From an uncultured Erythrobacter sp. (GTDB taxonomy: Bacteria > Pseudomonadota > Alphaproteobacteria > Sphingomonadales > Sphingomonadaceae): a stretch of 64,000 nt of DNA. The stretch is taken from the NCBI GenBank assembly GCA_964516135.1, contig CAZEWN010000013.1:1251-65250 (forward strand). The letters are read 5' to 3'. A program made the translations under genes and the position numbers. The stretch's first letter is position 1. Each line of letters opens with the position of its first letter. Under the pieces are notes generated by a model. The model did no database searches and was not told where the DNA came from. It saw nothing but the letters and a program-made list of their open reading frames with translations. Positions 9,392 to 18,970 of this stretch are shown piece after piece.

Positions 9392-10603
9392 TCAGGCAGC
9401 GCCGGCGCCAGCGGCGGCATTTATGCCGAGCGAGGCGAAATAGCGCCGCACGTTGCGCGCCGCCTGGCGCAGCCGCTGCTCGTTCTCGACCAGCGCGATC
9501 CGGACAAACCCCTCGCCTTCCTCGCCGTAACCGACGCCGGGCGCGACCGCGACATCGGCATGGATCAGTAATTGCTTGGAAAACTCGAGGCTACCCATGT
9601 CCTTGAGCGCGGGGGGCAGCGGCGCCCAGGCGAACATGCTCGCAGGTGGGGCCGGAATGTCCCACCCGGCGCGTCCCATCACCTCGACCAGCACGTCGCG
9701 GCGCTTGTGATAAAGCTGGCGGTTTTTCTCGACGATATCCTGCGGCCCGTTGAGCGCCGCGCAGGCGGCAGCCTGGATGGGCGTGAAGGCGCCATAGTCG
9801 AGGTACGATTTGACCCGCGTCATTGCCGCGATCAATTGGCGGTTGCCGACCGCGAAGCCGATCCGCCAGCCCGCCATCGAGAAGGTCTTCGACAAAGAGG
9901 TGAATTCGACCGCCACGTCCTTCGCGCCTGGCACCTGGAGAATCGAAACAGTCGGTTTGCCGTCAAAATAAAGCTCGGAATAAGCAAGGTCGGAAATGAC
10001 CCAGACCTTGTTCTCGCGGGCCCATGCCACCAGTCGTTCATAAAAAGCGAGATCGACGGTTTCAGCGGTCGGGTTCGACGGGTAATTGACTACCAGCACC
10101 GACGGGCGCGGCACCGTGAAGGCCATCGCGCGTTCCAGGCTGCGGAAATAGTCCTCGTCCGGTGTCGTCGGCACGCTGCGGATCGTCGCACCTGCCAGGA
10201 TGAAGCCGAAGGTGTGTATCGGGTAGCTGGGATTGGGCGCCAGCACGACATCACCTGGCGCGGTAATCGCGGTGGCGAGGCTGGCCAGCCCCTCCTTCGA
10301 ACCCATCGTCACCACGACCTCGGTTTCGGGATCGAGGTCCACACCGAACCGGCGGCCATAGTAATTCGCCTGTGCGCGGCGCAGCCCGGGGATGCCCTTG
10401 GACTGTGAATAACCGTGTGCGCCGGGCTTCCCCGCCACTTCGCACAGCTTGTCGATGACGTGCTGCGGCGGGGGCAGGTCAGGGTTGCCCATGCCCAGGT
10501 CGATGATGTCCTTGCCGCTGCGCCGGGCCGCGTGCCGCATGGCGTTAACCTCCGCGATCACGTAGGGCGGCAGGCGCTTCATGCGGTAGAAATCGGTATC
10601 CAT
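9392..10603 (-). CDS. Class I/II PLP-dependent aminotransferase
   Basis: 403 aa. RLPPYVIAEVNAM...IIDLGMGNPDLPPP...SLSKTFSMAGWRIGF (the PLP lysine motif). Confidence 0.9.
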   Translation of the reverse strand: MDTDFYRMKRLPPYVIAEVNAMRHAARRSGKDIIDLGMGNPDLPPPQHVIDKLCEVAGKPGAHGYSQSKGIPGLRRAQANYYGRRFGVDLDPETEVVVTMGSKEGLASLATAITAPGDVVLAPNPSYPIHTFGFILAGATIRSVPTTPDEDYFRSLERAMAFTVPRPSVLVVNYPSNPTAETVDLAFYERLVAWARENKVWVISDLAYSELYFDGKPTVSILQVPGAKDVAVEFTSLSKTFSMAGWRIGFAVGNRQLIAAMTRVKSYLDYGAFTPIQAAACAALNGPQDIVEKNRQLYHKRRDVLVEVMGRAGWDIPAPPASMFAWAPLPPALKDMGSLEFSKQLLIHADVAVAPGVGYGEEGEGFVRIALVENEQRLRQAARNVRRYFASLGINAAAGAGAA

Positions 10604-10709
10604 CGGTAGGTCTCGACTGCGGGAACCCGCGAATCCTAGGCTAATTCCGGTCGCGGTGGGAAGCGCTATTCGCTATCGTTGGCTTGAACCGACCTATCAG
10701 GAGCATGAC

Positions 10710-12563
10710 ATGGCCGAACGGCAGGATCCCTACGGCACCGTGTTCGACATGCAAGCCGAGACCATGCGCGAGATGATGGGCGCTTTTGGACTTCCCGGCA
10801 CTGGCACCGGTACTGGCACTGGCGACGATGGCGGTCCGTGGGCGGAAACGGCGATGCAGTTGCAGACAATGTGGCTCCAGTTCCTCAACGACCAGTCGGA
10901 CGCTGCGCCCGCCGCCCACGGGCTCGACCCGGCACAATGGATGCTGATGAGCCAGGGCTGGGCCAAGGCCATGCCGTTTCGACCCGAAGCGACGCAGAAG
11001 CTGGTCGAGGATTCGATGGCACTGTGGCAGGGCGTTATGGGCGCGATGATCGGCACCGCGACCGGCAGCGAAGACGCGAGGCCCGACCTGCCGAAGAAGG
11101 ACCGCCGTTTCGCCGCGCCCGAATGGAGCGCCAACCCGGCTTATGCGCTGCTCCACCAGACCTATCTGATGCTGGCGGATTACTTCGTGAAGGCGGCCAA
11201 GGACGTCGAGGGTGTGCCTGCCGACAAGAAGGCACAGCTGCGCTTCGCTACCCAGGCGCTGGTGGAAGCGATGAGCCCGGACAATTTCCTTGCCACCAAT
11301 CCGGTGGTGCTAAAGCGCACGATCGAGACCGGCGGGCAGAACCTGGTCAAGGGAATGCGCCACTTGATCGCCGACCTGAAGCGCGGCCAGCTTACACACA
11401 CTGACCCGCACGCATTCCGGCTCGGCGAAAACATCGCTGCGACGCCCGGCAAGGTCGTCCACGAGACGCCGCTCTACCAGCTCATCCAGTACGCGCCCGC
11501 GACGCCTCAGGTCATGGCGACACCGCTGGTGATCTTTCCGCCGTGGATCAACCGTTTCTACATCCTCGACCTGAATCCCGCCAAAAGCTTCATCAAGTGG
11601 GCGGTCGACCAGGGGATCAGCGTGTTCGTGGTGAGCTGGAAATCGGCCGACGCGAGCATGAAGGACGTGGTTTGGGACGATTACATCCGCGGCCAGATCC
11701 AGGCGATCGATCATATTCGCGCGCGGCTTGATGTGCCTGCGGTTCACACGATCGGGTATTGCGTGGCGGGCACCACGCTCGCCGCGACGCTGGCGATCCT
11801 CGCGCGGCGGGGCGAGGCGGACAAAGTGCAAACCGCGACTTTCTTCACCGCGCAGGTCGATTTCGAGCGGGCCGGGGAACTGCTCAATTTTGTCGACGAG
11901 AGCCAACTCGAAATGATCGGCAAGCTGACGTCCGAAGGCTATCTCGATGGGCGCTGGATGGCCGCCACGTTCAATGCCCTGCGCGGCAAGGACCTCATCT
12001 GGAATTACGTCGTCAACAACTACCTGTTGGGCGAGGATTACCCGGCGTTCGACCTGCTCCACTGGAACGGCGATGTCACCAACCTGCCGGCCAAATGGCA
12101 TGGCGCGTACCTGCGCGATCTCTACCGCGACAACAAGCTGATCCAGGCGGACGCGATGTCGGCGGACGGCACCCCGATCGACCTGACGCTGGTCAAGACG
12201 CCCACGTACGTCCAGGCGGGGCGCGAGGACCACATCGCACCCGCCGAGAGCGTGTGGCGGATCACCGAGCATTTCAGCGGCGAGGTGACGTTCCTGCTGG
12301 CCGGATCGGGCCATATCGCCGGGGTGGTGAACCCGCCGGGCGCGAACAAGTACCAGTACTGGACCGGCGATAGTGAGGCCGCCTCGCTCCAGGAGTTCGT
12401 CGCTGGCGCGACCGAGCACCCGGGGAGCTGGTGGCCGCACTGGCTCGCATGGCTGGAGGGGCGGGACGGCGATAAGGTAGCGGCCAAGGGCAAGCGCGTG
12501 CCCGGCGGCAAGGGCGATACCGTGATCGAAGACGCACCGGGGCGGTACGTGATGACGCGGTGA
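10710..12563 (+). CDS. phaC: Class I poly(R)-hydroxyalkanoate synthase
   Basis: 617 aa. Lipase-box GYCVAGT plus conserved ...PPWINRFYILDL... and ...LLHWNGDVTNLP.... ATG 10710 follows a caggag RBS. Confidence 0.95.
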   Translation: MAERQDPYGTVFDMQAETMREMMGAFGLPGTGTGTGTGDDGGPWAETAMQLQTMWLQFLNDQSDAAPAAHGLDPAQWMLMSQGWAKAMPFRPEATQKLVEDSMALWQGVMGAMIGTATGSEDARPDLPKKDRRFAAPEWSANPAYALLHQTYLMLADYFVKAAKDVEGVPADKKAQLRFATQALVEAMSPDNFLATNPVVLKRTIETGGQNLVKGMRHLIADLKRGQLTHTDPHAFRLGENIAATPGKVVHETPLYQLIQYAPATPQVMATPLVIFPPWINRFYILDLNPAKSFIKWAVDQGISVFVVSWKSADASMKDVVWDDYIRGQIQAIDHIRARLDVPAVHTIGYCVAGTTLAATLAILARRGEADKVQTATFFTAQVDFERAGELLNFVDESQLEMIGKLTSEGYLDGRWMAATFNALRGKDLIWNYVVNNYLLGEDYPAFDLLHWNGDVTNLPAKWHGAYLRDLYRDNKLIQADAMSADGTPIDLTLVKTPTYVQAGREDHIAPAESVWRITEHFSGEVTFLLAGSGHIAGVVNPPGANKYQYWTGDSEAASLQEFVAGATEHPGSWWPHWLAWLEGRDGDKVAAKGKRVPGGKGDTVIEDAPGRYVMTR

Positions 12564-12675
12564 ACCGCTTTCCACACGTTCGCAGTTCTTTGCTCGTCAT
12601 CCCCGGCTGACCCGCAACACCGATTGTTTGGCGAACCGCAGGGTTCGCCGTACGAGGCCGCTTGCGGATTTATGC

Positions 12676-12732
12676 TGCACTGCACAAAAATCGCTTGACT
12701 TAGCGATTGTGTTGCCTATTTTGTGCACTGCA
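12676..12732 (+). promoter_or_regulatory. Putative phasin promoter (TTGACT-N16-TATTTT) flanked by two TGCACTGCA boxes (candidate PhaR operators)
   Basis: The -35 TTGACT is at 12695-12700, inside the 7-bp inverted repeat aatcgct/agcgatt. The -10 TATTTT is at 12717-12722. Identical 9-mers TGCACTGCA sit at 12676-12684 and 12724-12732. Confidence 0.5.
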
Positions 12733-12773
12733 ACATAACCGGGCCATTCGCCCGCAGCACAGGAATTGACGTC

Positions 12774-13541
12774 ATGGCTACCCAGCCGGAAAGCAAGATC
12801 GATGTCGCGGCCGAAAAGGCTTATGCCGAAGCTTCGGCTGCGAAGAAGGCCGAAGCCGCCAAGGCTGAACCCGTAAGGCCCGCTACGCCAACCGCGTCGG
12901 CTCCCGCGCCGAAGAGGGCCACTGCGCCCAAGAAGGTCGTGGCGAAGAAGATCATGAAGAAGAAGGCGGCCGCCAAGCCCGCCCAGAAGAAGACCGTTCT
13001 CAAGAAAGCTCCCATCAAGAAGGTCGGCGCCGTCAAGGCTTCGACCGCAGCCCGCACCCCCGCGCCCAAGGCCACCCAGTTCAAGGACAAGATCATGACC
13101 ACTGCCAAGACCACCGCCACCGATTTCACCGCCCAGATGAAGAACACCATGGCCACCGCGCAGGAACGCGCCAAGGCCGCTTACGACAAGAGCAGCGAAA
13201 TGGCCGCCGAAATGGGCGAATTTAGCAAGGGCAACCTCGAAGCCGTCGTCGAATCGGGCAAGATCCTGGTCGCGGGCGTGCAGACCATCGCCAAGGGCCA
13301 GTTCGAGGACGGCAAGGCTGCTGTTGAAACCATGACTGCAGACGTCAAGGAGATGGCCGCGGTCAAGTCGCCGACCGAGTTCGTGCAGCTGCAGGGTAAG
13401 CTCGCCAGCCGCAACTTCGACGCTGCCGTTGCGCAGGTTTCGAAGACCACGGAAGCTTGGGTGAAGCTGGCGAACGACGTGTTCGCACCGCTGTCGAGCC
13501 GCGCCAGCCTGGCGATGGAGAAGGTTCGCAAGGCCGCCTGA
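12774..13541 (+). CDS. Phasin family protein with Lys/Ala/Pro-rich histone-H1-like N-terminal extension
   Basis: The C-terminal ~150 aa (FSKGNLEAVVESGKILVAGVQTIAKGQFEDGKAAVE...SPTEFVQLQGKL...) is phasin_2-like. Residues ~20-105 are AKKAEAAKA...KKVVAKKIMKKKAAAKPAQKK... Confidence 0.85.
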   Translation: MATQPESKIDVAAEKAYAEASAAKKAEAAKAEPVRPATPTASAPAPKRATAPKKVVAKKIMKKKAAAKPAQKKTVLKKAPIKKVGAVKASTAARTPAPKATQFKDKIMTTAKTTATDFTAQMKNTMATAQERAKAAYDKSSEMAAEMGEFSKGNLEAVVESGKILVAGVQTIAKGQFEDGKAAVETMTADVKEMAAVKSPTEFVQLQGKLASRNFDAAVAQVSKTTEAWVKLANDVFAPLSSRASLAMEKVRKAA

Positions 13542-13600
13542 CCCAGCGCCCTTCGCAACGGGCCCGCCACTCTCCTCTCCTCCGACGGGTCCGCTGTATC

Positions 13601-13638
13601 GGGGCCGGAACGTCTCATGGCGTTCCGGCCCCCTTTCA
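13601..13638 (+). terminator. Intrinsic terminator after the phasin gene
   Basis: A perfect 12-bp stem, ggggccggaacg / cgttccggcccc, with an 8-nt loop, followed by cTTTc. Confidence 0.6.
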
Positions 13639-13737
13639 TGTTGAGGACGCGTGTGCACTCGTTTGCGCGCCATTAACCGCCGATTGCCACATTGCGCGCC
13701 TTGCGATTGCCGCCACGGATACGATATTGCCGCTGCC

Positions 13738-14118
13738 ATGACCCGAATTCCCGCCAGCCTGCCGATGATCCCGCCCAACCGCGTTCGCGCGGCGAACGAG
13801 GACGGCGTTGGGACCGGAACTGACGACCAGGTTGGCGTTGCCACCAAGACCAAGACCCGCCCGAAGAAGCCGAGCCAGTACAAGGTGCTGATGCTCAACG
13901 ACGATTACACGCCGATGGAATTCGTGGTGATCGTGCTCAAGCGGTTCTTCCGCATGGACATGGAAGAAGCAACACGGGTTATGCTTCACGTGCACCAGCG
14001 CGGGGTGGGCGTGTGCGGCGTGTTCCCCTACGAAGTCGCCGAGACCAAGGTGAACCAGGTCATGGACTTCGCCAAGCAGAACCAGCACCCACTCCAGTGC
14101 ACGCTGGAAAAGGCCTGA
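13738..14118 (+). CDS. clpS: ATP-dependent Clp protease adaptor ClpS
   Basis: [24 protein letters not shown]...[28 protein letters not shown] is canonical ClpS. The start is uncertain (ATG 13738). Confidence 0.9.
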   Translation: MTRIPASLPMIPPNRVRAANEDGVGTGTDDQVGVATKTKTRPKKPSQYKVLMLNDDYTPMEFVVIVLKRFFRMDMEEATRVMLHVHQRGVGVCGVFPYEVAETKVNQVMDFAKQNQHPLQCTLEKA

Positions 14119-14149
14119 CCTCGCCGCATTTTCGCGCTAGGGGCACCTG

Positions 14150-15388
14150 GTGTTCGCCTCAATCCCTAAGATCGATCGCTACATTTTCCGGCTGACGGTC
14201 GTGCCCATGACGGGCGTATTTGCGCTGGCGGCATCGCTGCTACTGCTGGACAAGATGCTGCGATTGTTCGACTTCGTCGCGGTCGAGGGCGGGCCGGTCG
14301 GCGTGGTGTTCAAAATGCTGGGCGCGCTGATCCCGGAGTATGCCAGCCTCGCAATCCCGCTTGGCCTGCTGCTCGGTGTCCTCCTGGCGTTTCGCAAGCT
14401 GGCGACCAGCAGCGAGCTTGACGTGATGCGCGCGGTGGGGCTGGGCTACTTCCGGCTGTTGCGCGTCCCCTACATCATCACCGCCGTGCTGATGGCGGTC
14501 AACATCGCGCTGGTGTTCTACATCCAGCCGATCAGCCGTTACTATTACGAACAACTCGACTACGAATTGCGCTCTGGCGCGCTTGGCGCCTCGATCAAGG
14601 TGGGCGAGTTCACCACGCTGGCGGACCGAATGGCGCTGCGGATCGAATCGAGCGAGGATGACGGGCGCCGCCTCCAGGGAATTTTTGCCCGTTTTGCCGA
14701 CAACAAGGGCCAGGTCCTGTCCATCACTGCGCGCGAAGGGTCGTTCCTCGCCACCACCGATAGCCCCGATACCATCATCCTGCGCCTGGCGGACGGTACG
14801 ATCGTGCAGGATACCGGCGGTGCCGATGCGACGCCGCGCGTGCTGAGCTTCACCCGCCACGACTTGCCGATCGACCTTCCCCGTATCGAGGAATTCCGTG
14901 CGCGCGGCGATGCGGAGCGCGAATACATCCTGCCCGAATTGCTTCGCATTGGTTGGAGCGAGACGCAGCCCGAACAGAAACGCGCGGCCAGCATCGCGAG
15001 CTTCAATTTCCGCCTGGTCGAGGTGGTCATGATGGCGCTGATGCCGCTGCTCGCGGTCGCGCTCGCGATCCCGCCCAAGCGATCGACCAGCGCGCTTGGC
15101 GTGTTCGTGTCGATCGTGATGGTGGTCAGCTATCACAAGATCAACCAGTACGCGGAGGATATCGCGGCTTTGGGCCGGGTCGATCCGATCCTGGCGCTGT
15201 GGGGGCCGATGGTGTTGTTCGCGGCGCTGATCCTGTGGATGTACCACCGCGTCGCGCACGTCCCCGGTGGACAGGCCATTGGTGCGCTTGAGGTGTTCTT
15301 CGCAAAGCTGGGCAAGCGGATACGTGCGCTGTTTTCCCGCCGCGAACGTCGCGCCAGGCGCGCGGCTCGCGCAGTTCCGGCGGAATAG
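14150..15388 (+). CDS. lptF: LPS export ABC transporter permease LptF
   Basis: 412 aa of the YjgP/YjgQ family, with N-terminus IDRYIFRL and six TM segments. It immediately precedes lptG. Confidence 0.85.
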   Translation: MFASIPKIDRYIFRLTVVPMTGVFALAASLLLLDKMLRLFDFVAVEGGPVGVVFKMLGALIPEYASLAIPLGLLLGVLLAFRKLATSSELDVMRAVGLGYFRLLRVPYIITAVLMAVNIALVFYIQPISRYYYEQLDYELRSGALGASIKVGEFTTLADRMALRIESSEDDGRRLQGIFARFADNKGQVLSITAREGSFLATTDSPDTIILRLADGTIVQDTGGADATPRVLSFTRHDLPIDLPRIEEFRARGDAEREYILPELLRIGWSETQPEQKRAASIASFNFRLVEVVMMALMPLLAVALAIPPKRSTSALGVFVSIVMVVSYHKINQYAEDIAALGRVDPILALWGPMVLFAALILWMYHRVAHVPGGQAIGALEVFFAKLGKRIRALFSRRERRARRAARAVPAE

Positions 15389-15400
15389 GGATATTCCCCG

Positions 15401-16498
15401 ATGCAGCTCGATTTCTTTCCCTCGCGCACACTGACACTCTATCTGGCAAAGCTGTTCGCGGTGCGGATCCTGGCGATGCTCGCGGTACTTGTGCTGGTGC
15501 TGATGATGCTCGATCTGCTGGGCCAGAGCGGCAAGATCCTGGCTGTGTCCGGCAATGGCCAGGCTGAATTGCTGACCTACGTCAGCTTGCGTGTGCCGCA
15601 GCTGATCGCCCGGTTTCTCCCCTATTCGGTGCTACTGGCAACGATCATCACCTTGATCACGCTCAACCAGAACAGCGAAGTGGTGGCGATGAAGGCTGCG
15701 GGGCTTTCCGCGCATCAGGTGCTGGCACCACTGTTCCTGACCGCGGCCCTGGTTTCGGTCGGCAGTTTCATGTTTAACGAACGCGTCGTGACGCGGGCGA
15801 ATGCCACGCTCAAGGCGTGGGAAGGGGCGGATTTTGGAACGATCCCGACCGATTCCGGCATCCGTAGCAATGTCTATCTGGCCGACGGCAACGACATCCT
15901 CACCGCGGCAACGCTGACTGGAAACGGTGACAATATCGTGATGCGCGATGTCACCTGGTATCGCCGCGCGTCCGGCGGCATCTTGGCCGAGCAGGTGCGC
16001 GCGTCCCGCGCCACTTATGCCGCACCGGGCTGGCGGCTGGAGGATGTCGAGCGCTTCGAGGTTGCCTCCGCCGATACCGTCAATGGCGCGAGCCTGGTGG
16101 TTGGGGCAGGCTTGACGCCCGAGCAGATCGACCTCGATAGCGTCGATCCCGATGCCCAGGGATTCTTCGAGCTGCGCCAATCGATCAACGCTTATGAGCG
16201 CGTCGGCCGCCGTACCGCCGAACTTGAGGCAAAGTGGTGGCACAAGCTGTCGGGGCCGCTATCGGCGTTCCTGATGCCGCTGCTGGGTGCGATCGCGGCC
16301 TTTGGTCTCGCGCGTTCGGGGCAGCTGTTCGTGCGCGCGATCATCGCAATGGCGCTCGGTTTCGCTTACTTCGTGATCGACAACGCGGCGCTGGCGATGG
16401 GCAGCTTTGGGGGATATCCGCCATTCCTGGCGGCCTGGGCGCCGTTTTTCCTGTTCCTGTTCATCGGTGAAACAGTGCTGGTGCGGACGGAGGAATAA
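15401..16498 (+). CDS. lptG: LPS export ABC transporter permease LptG
   Basis: 365 aa of the YjgP/YjgQ family, in the paired lptF-lptG arrangement. Confidence 0.85.
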   Translation: MQLDFFPSRTLTLYLAKLFAVRILAMLAVLVLVLMMLDLLGQSGKILAVSGNGQAELLTYVSLRVPQLIARFLPYSVLLATIITLITLNQNSEVVAMKAAGLSAHQVLAPLFLTAALVSVGSFMFNERVVTRANATLKAWEGADFGTIPTDSGIRSNVYLADGNDILTAATLTGNGDNIVMRDVTWYRRASGGILAEQVRASRATYAAPGWRLEDVERFEVASADTVNGASLVVGAGLTPEQIDLDSVDPDAQGFFELRQSINAYERVGRRTAELEAKWWHKLSGPLSAFLMPLLGAIAAFGLARSGQLFVRAIIAMALGFAYFVIDNAALAMGSFGGYPPFLAAWAPFFLFLFIGETVLVRTEE

Positions 16499-16501
16499 CG
16501 G

Positions 16502-17590
16502 TTAGCGAAGCCGCATCGTGCTGCGCGCGATCCTGGCGACGAGCGTCCACATGCCCGGGTGATTGGCTCCGTCATACGTCGAATCGACGCCGAGGTGCGC
16601 GGCAATGCGCCGGTGCGCCTCGGGCAGGTCATGATAGGGCATGGACGGCATCAAATGATGGAGCGCATGATAGCGCAGGCCCACCGGCGCCCAGATCTCC
16701 GCGATCCGGCCCGGCGGCGGCACGTTGACCGAATCGAGGAATTGCGCGGTCACCGTCATCGGCTCGCCCTCGTTCTCCCACAGGTGCGCGACCAGCGTGC
16801 GAAGCTGGTTGAGCACGGCCGTCAGCGACAGTACCGCCAGCGCGATCAGCAACGGCCGCCAGCCGAGCACCTGCGTGCTCGCCAGCAGCGCGATCGCCCA
16901 GGCCGATCCGGCGGCCTCCTGCCACAGCACCCGTGCCTTCATCTCGCCTTCCGGCGGACGGCGGCGGAACTGGGGGTTGATCGACAGTGCCGACATCCGT
17001 TCCCACACCAGCCGGCGGACAGGCGGCATCAACGCCCCCAGCGGGACCAGCACAGCAAAGCGCAGCAGCAGCGCGACCGGCGCCAGCAGCGCAATCAGCA
17101 CGAACAGCGGCAGGGTCCACGGCTTCATAAGTGCGAGCGGCAGGTATTCGGGATCCTCCAGCGTGCCATAGCGCGTGCGCGCATGGTGCAGCGTGTGCAC
17201 CCCTTCGTACATGAACGATGGCGTCAGCAGGGGTATCCCCACAAGCAGGTTCCACCCCAGCCTAAAGCCGGGCAGCGCATCGCGATGGATATGGGTCAAT
17301 TCGTGGATGAACATCAGCGCGCGATAGAACGCCAATGCTGCCACCAGCCCGAGCACCACCGCCAGGGCAGGGCTGGCGACCAGGATAGCGCCCGCCAGCG
17401 CCGCATAGGCAACACCGGCCGAGGCGGCCATGTCCGCCCAGTAGATCGCGGGGCGTGCTTCGCCAATGTCCCTGGTCAGGTCGCGCGCTGCGCGCAGCAT
17501 CTCTTTGTCGTCGCTCAGGACGAACTGCGCCCGGGTCGCGCGTGCGGGCGACTGGGAGAGCACAGGGTCGATGGTCTGCTGCATGGTCAT
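16502..17590 (-). CDS. Membrane fatty acid desaturase family protein
   Basis: Carries the three histidine boxes HELTHIH, HTLHH and HALHHL. Confidence 0.85.
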   Translation of the reverse strand: MTMQQTIDPVLSQSPARATRAQFVLSDDKEMLRAARDLTRDIGEARPAIYWADMAASAGVAYAALAGAILVASPALAVVLGLVAALAFYRALMFIHELTHIHRDALPGFRLGWNLLVGIPLLTPSFMYEGVHTLHHARTRYGTLEDPEYLPLALMKPWTLPLFVLIALLAPVALLLRFAVLVPLGALMPPVRRLVWERMSALSINPQFRRRPPEGEMKARVLWQEAAGSAWAIALLASTQVLGWRPLLIALAVLSLTAVLNQLRTLVAHLWENEGEPMTVTAQFLDSVNVPPPGRIAEIWAPVGLRYHALHHLMPSMPYHDLPEAHRRIAAHLGVDSTYDGANHPGMWTLVARIARSTMRLR

Positions 17591-17709
17591 GGTCTAGTTT
17601 CCGGATCGTGCCTTACCGCAACTGGGGGCGCTGGCACAAACAACTCGTCTGGGCGGCATGATCGACTGCCTTGCTTGACTTGGGCGTCAAGCGCAGTGAG
17701 GGCTAGCCC

Positions 17710-18885
17710 ATGCTGAACGCGCGACCCCAGAGCACCGCTGAAATAGGTATCCGCCCGGTTTCGGGCAAGGCCGGGCGCGCCGCCTTCGTCGACCTGGGGC
17801 GGGCGTTCGCCGCGCGTGTGCCCAACAGCGTGCCCCAGCTCCGCTCCGAACAACTCGAGCTCGTCGATCCGGAAAGGAACCCGTTCTTCGGCCATGCGCG
17901 GGTGCAACTGTTCCTGGCCGAGCGCGACGGTCGGCTGGTCGGGCGTATCTCCGCGCATGTCGACGAGCTGGCGCTCGCCATGCCTGCCGACCAGGGCTTT
18001 GGCCCCGGCACCGGCCTGTTCGGCTATTTCGATGCCGAGGACGAGGCAGTGGCCCATGCGCTGCTGGCGCGCGCCGAGGACTGGCTGAGGGAGCAGGGGA
18101 TGACCCGCGTGCTCGGCCCGATCTCGCTCTCGATCTGGGAGGAGCCGGGCCTGCTGGTGCGGGGCCAGGACCATCCGCCGATGATCATGATGGGCCACCA
18201 TCCGTCGCATTACCGCAAATGGATTGAAAGCGCCGGCTACGCCCTTGCCAAGACGCTGCTAACCTATGAACTCGACGTGCAGCGTGACTTTCCCCCGCTC
18301 GTGCAGCGTATCGTTGCGTCGGGTGAACGCAATGCCCGGATCACCGTGCGCTCCGTCGACAAGAGCCGCTGGGACGAGGAGGCGCGCACCGTGCTTGCTA
18401 TCCTCAACGATGCCTGGTCGCGCAATTGGGGCTTCGTTCCCTTTACCGAAGCCGAGATCGCCTATGCCGGAAAGAAGCTGCGCCCATTGATCCGCGAGGA
18501 CATCAACATGATCGCCGAGCTTGACGGGCGCCCGGTCGCCTTCATGCTGACATTTCCCGATATCAACAGCATGCTTTCGCGCATCGATGGCAAGTTGTTG
18601 CCGACCGGCTGGTTCCACATGCTGCGCTGGCTGCACAAGCCGGTCCGTTCGGGAATGCGGGTGCCACTGATGGGGGTGCTGCGGGAACTGCAGAATTCGC
18701 GCCTGGCCAGTCAGCTGGCCTTTATGCTCATCAGCCAGATCCGCCGCAACGCGGTCGCAAATTACGGTTCGGAACGTGGCGAGATTGGCTGGATCCTCGA
18801 CGACAATCAGGGGATGAAGGCGATTGCTGATGCGATCGACAGCAAGGTCAACCGGGAATACGGCGTGTTCGCCAAACCATTGTGA
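17710..18885 (+). CDS. Conserved hypothetical protein, GNAT-like acyltransferase fold (function uncertain)
   Basis: A 391-aa ORF with high GC3. The family is recognised only loosely. Confidence 0.55.
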   Translation: MLNARPQSTAEIGIRPVSGKAGRAAFVDLGRAFAARVPNSVPQLRSEQLELVDPERNPFFGHARVQLFLAERDGRLVGRISAHVDELALAMPADQGFGPGTGLFGYFDAEDEAVAHALLARAEDWLREQGMTRVLGPISLSIWEEPGLLVRGQDHPPMIMMGHHPSHYRKWIESAGYALAKTLLTYELDVQRDFPPLVQRIVASGERNARITVRSVDKSRWDEEARTVLAILNDAWSRNWGFVPFTEAEIAYAGKKLRPLIREDINMIAELDGRPVAFMLTFPDINSMLSRIDGKLLPTGWFHMLRWLHKPVRSGMRVPLMGVLRELQNSRLASQLAFMLISQIRRNAVANYGSERGEIGWILDDNQGMKAIADAIDSKVNREYGVFAKPL

Positions 18886-18936
18886 GACCACGTGTGGCGC
18901 GCAGGCCACGTTCCACCTTCAATTGCGCCTGCGGTG

Positions 18937-18961
18937 GGAACGGCAGTCCGCGCGGCGGGTT
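18937..18961 (+). promoter_or_regulatory. Near-consensus sigma-EcfG-type promoter (GGAAC-N16-GGTT) upstream of the response-regulator gene
   Basis: GGAAC is at 18937-18941 and GGTT at 18958-18961. The general stress consensus is GGAAC-N16/17-CGTT, so there is one mismatch in the -10. Confidence 0.45.
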
Positions 18962-18970
18962 CGATTGCCG

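Noticed and set aside
8143-9606. Very long ORFs antisense to confidently identified genes. Examples are 8143..9606+, 14240..15259-, 16559..17716+, 25283..26437+, 25851..27248+, 37436..38971+, 43091..44752+, 61044..62132+ and 61894..62814+.
   Set aside because: These are typical shadow ORFs of a high-GC genome. Their translations are Arg/Ala/Gly/Pro-rich with no recognisable family, and the opposite strand encodes well-conserved proteins.
12630-12649. Hairpin ggcgaacc-gcag-ggttcgcc after phaC, considered as a terminator.
   Set aside because: It has no downstream U-tract and may be a stabilising hairpin. The evidence is too weak to annotate it as a terminator.
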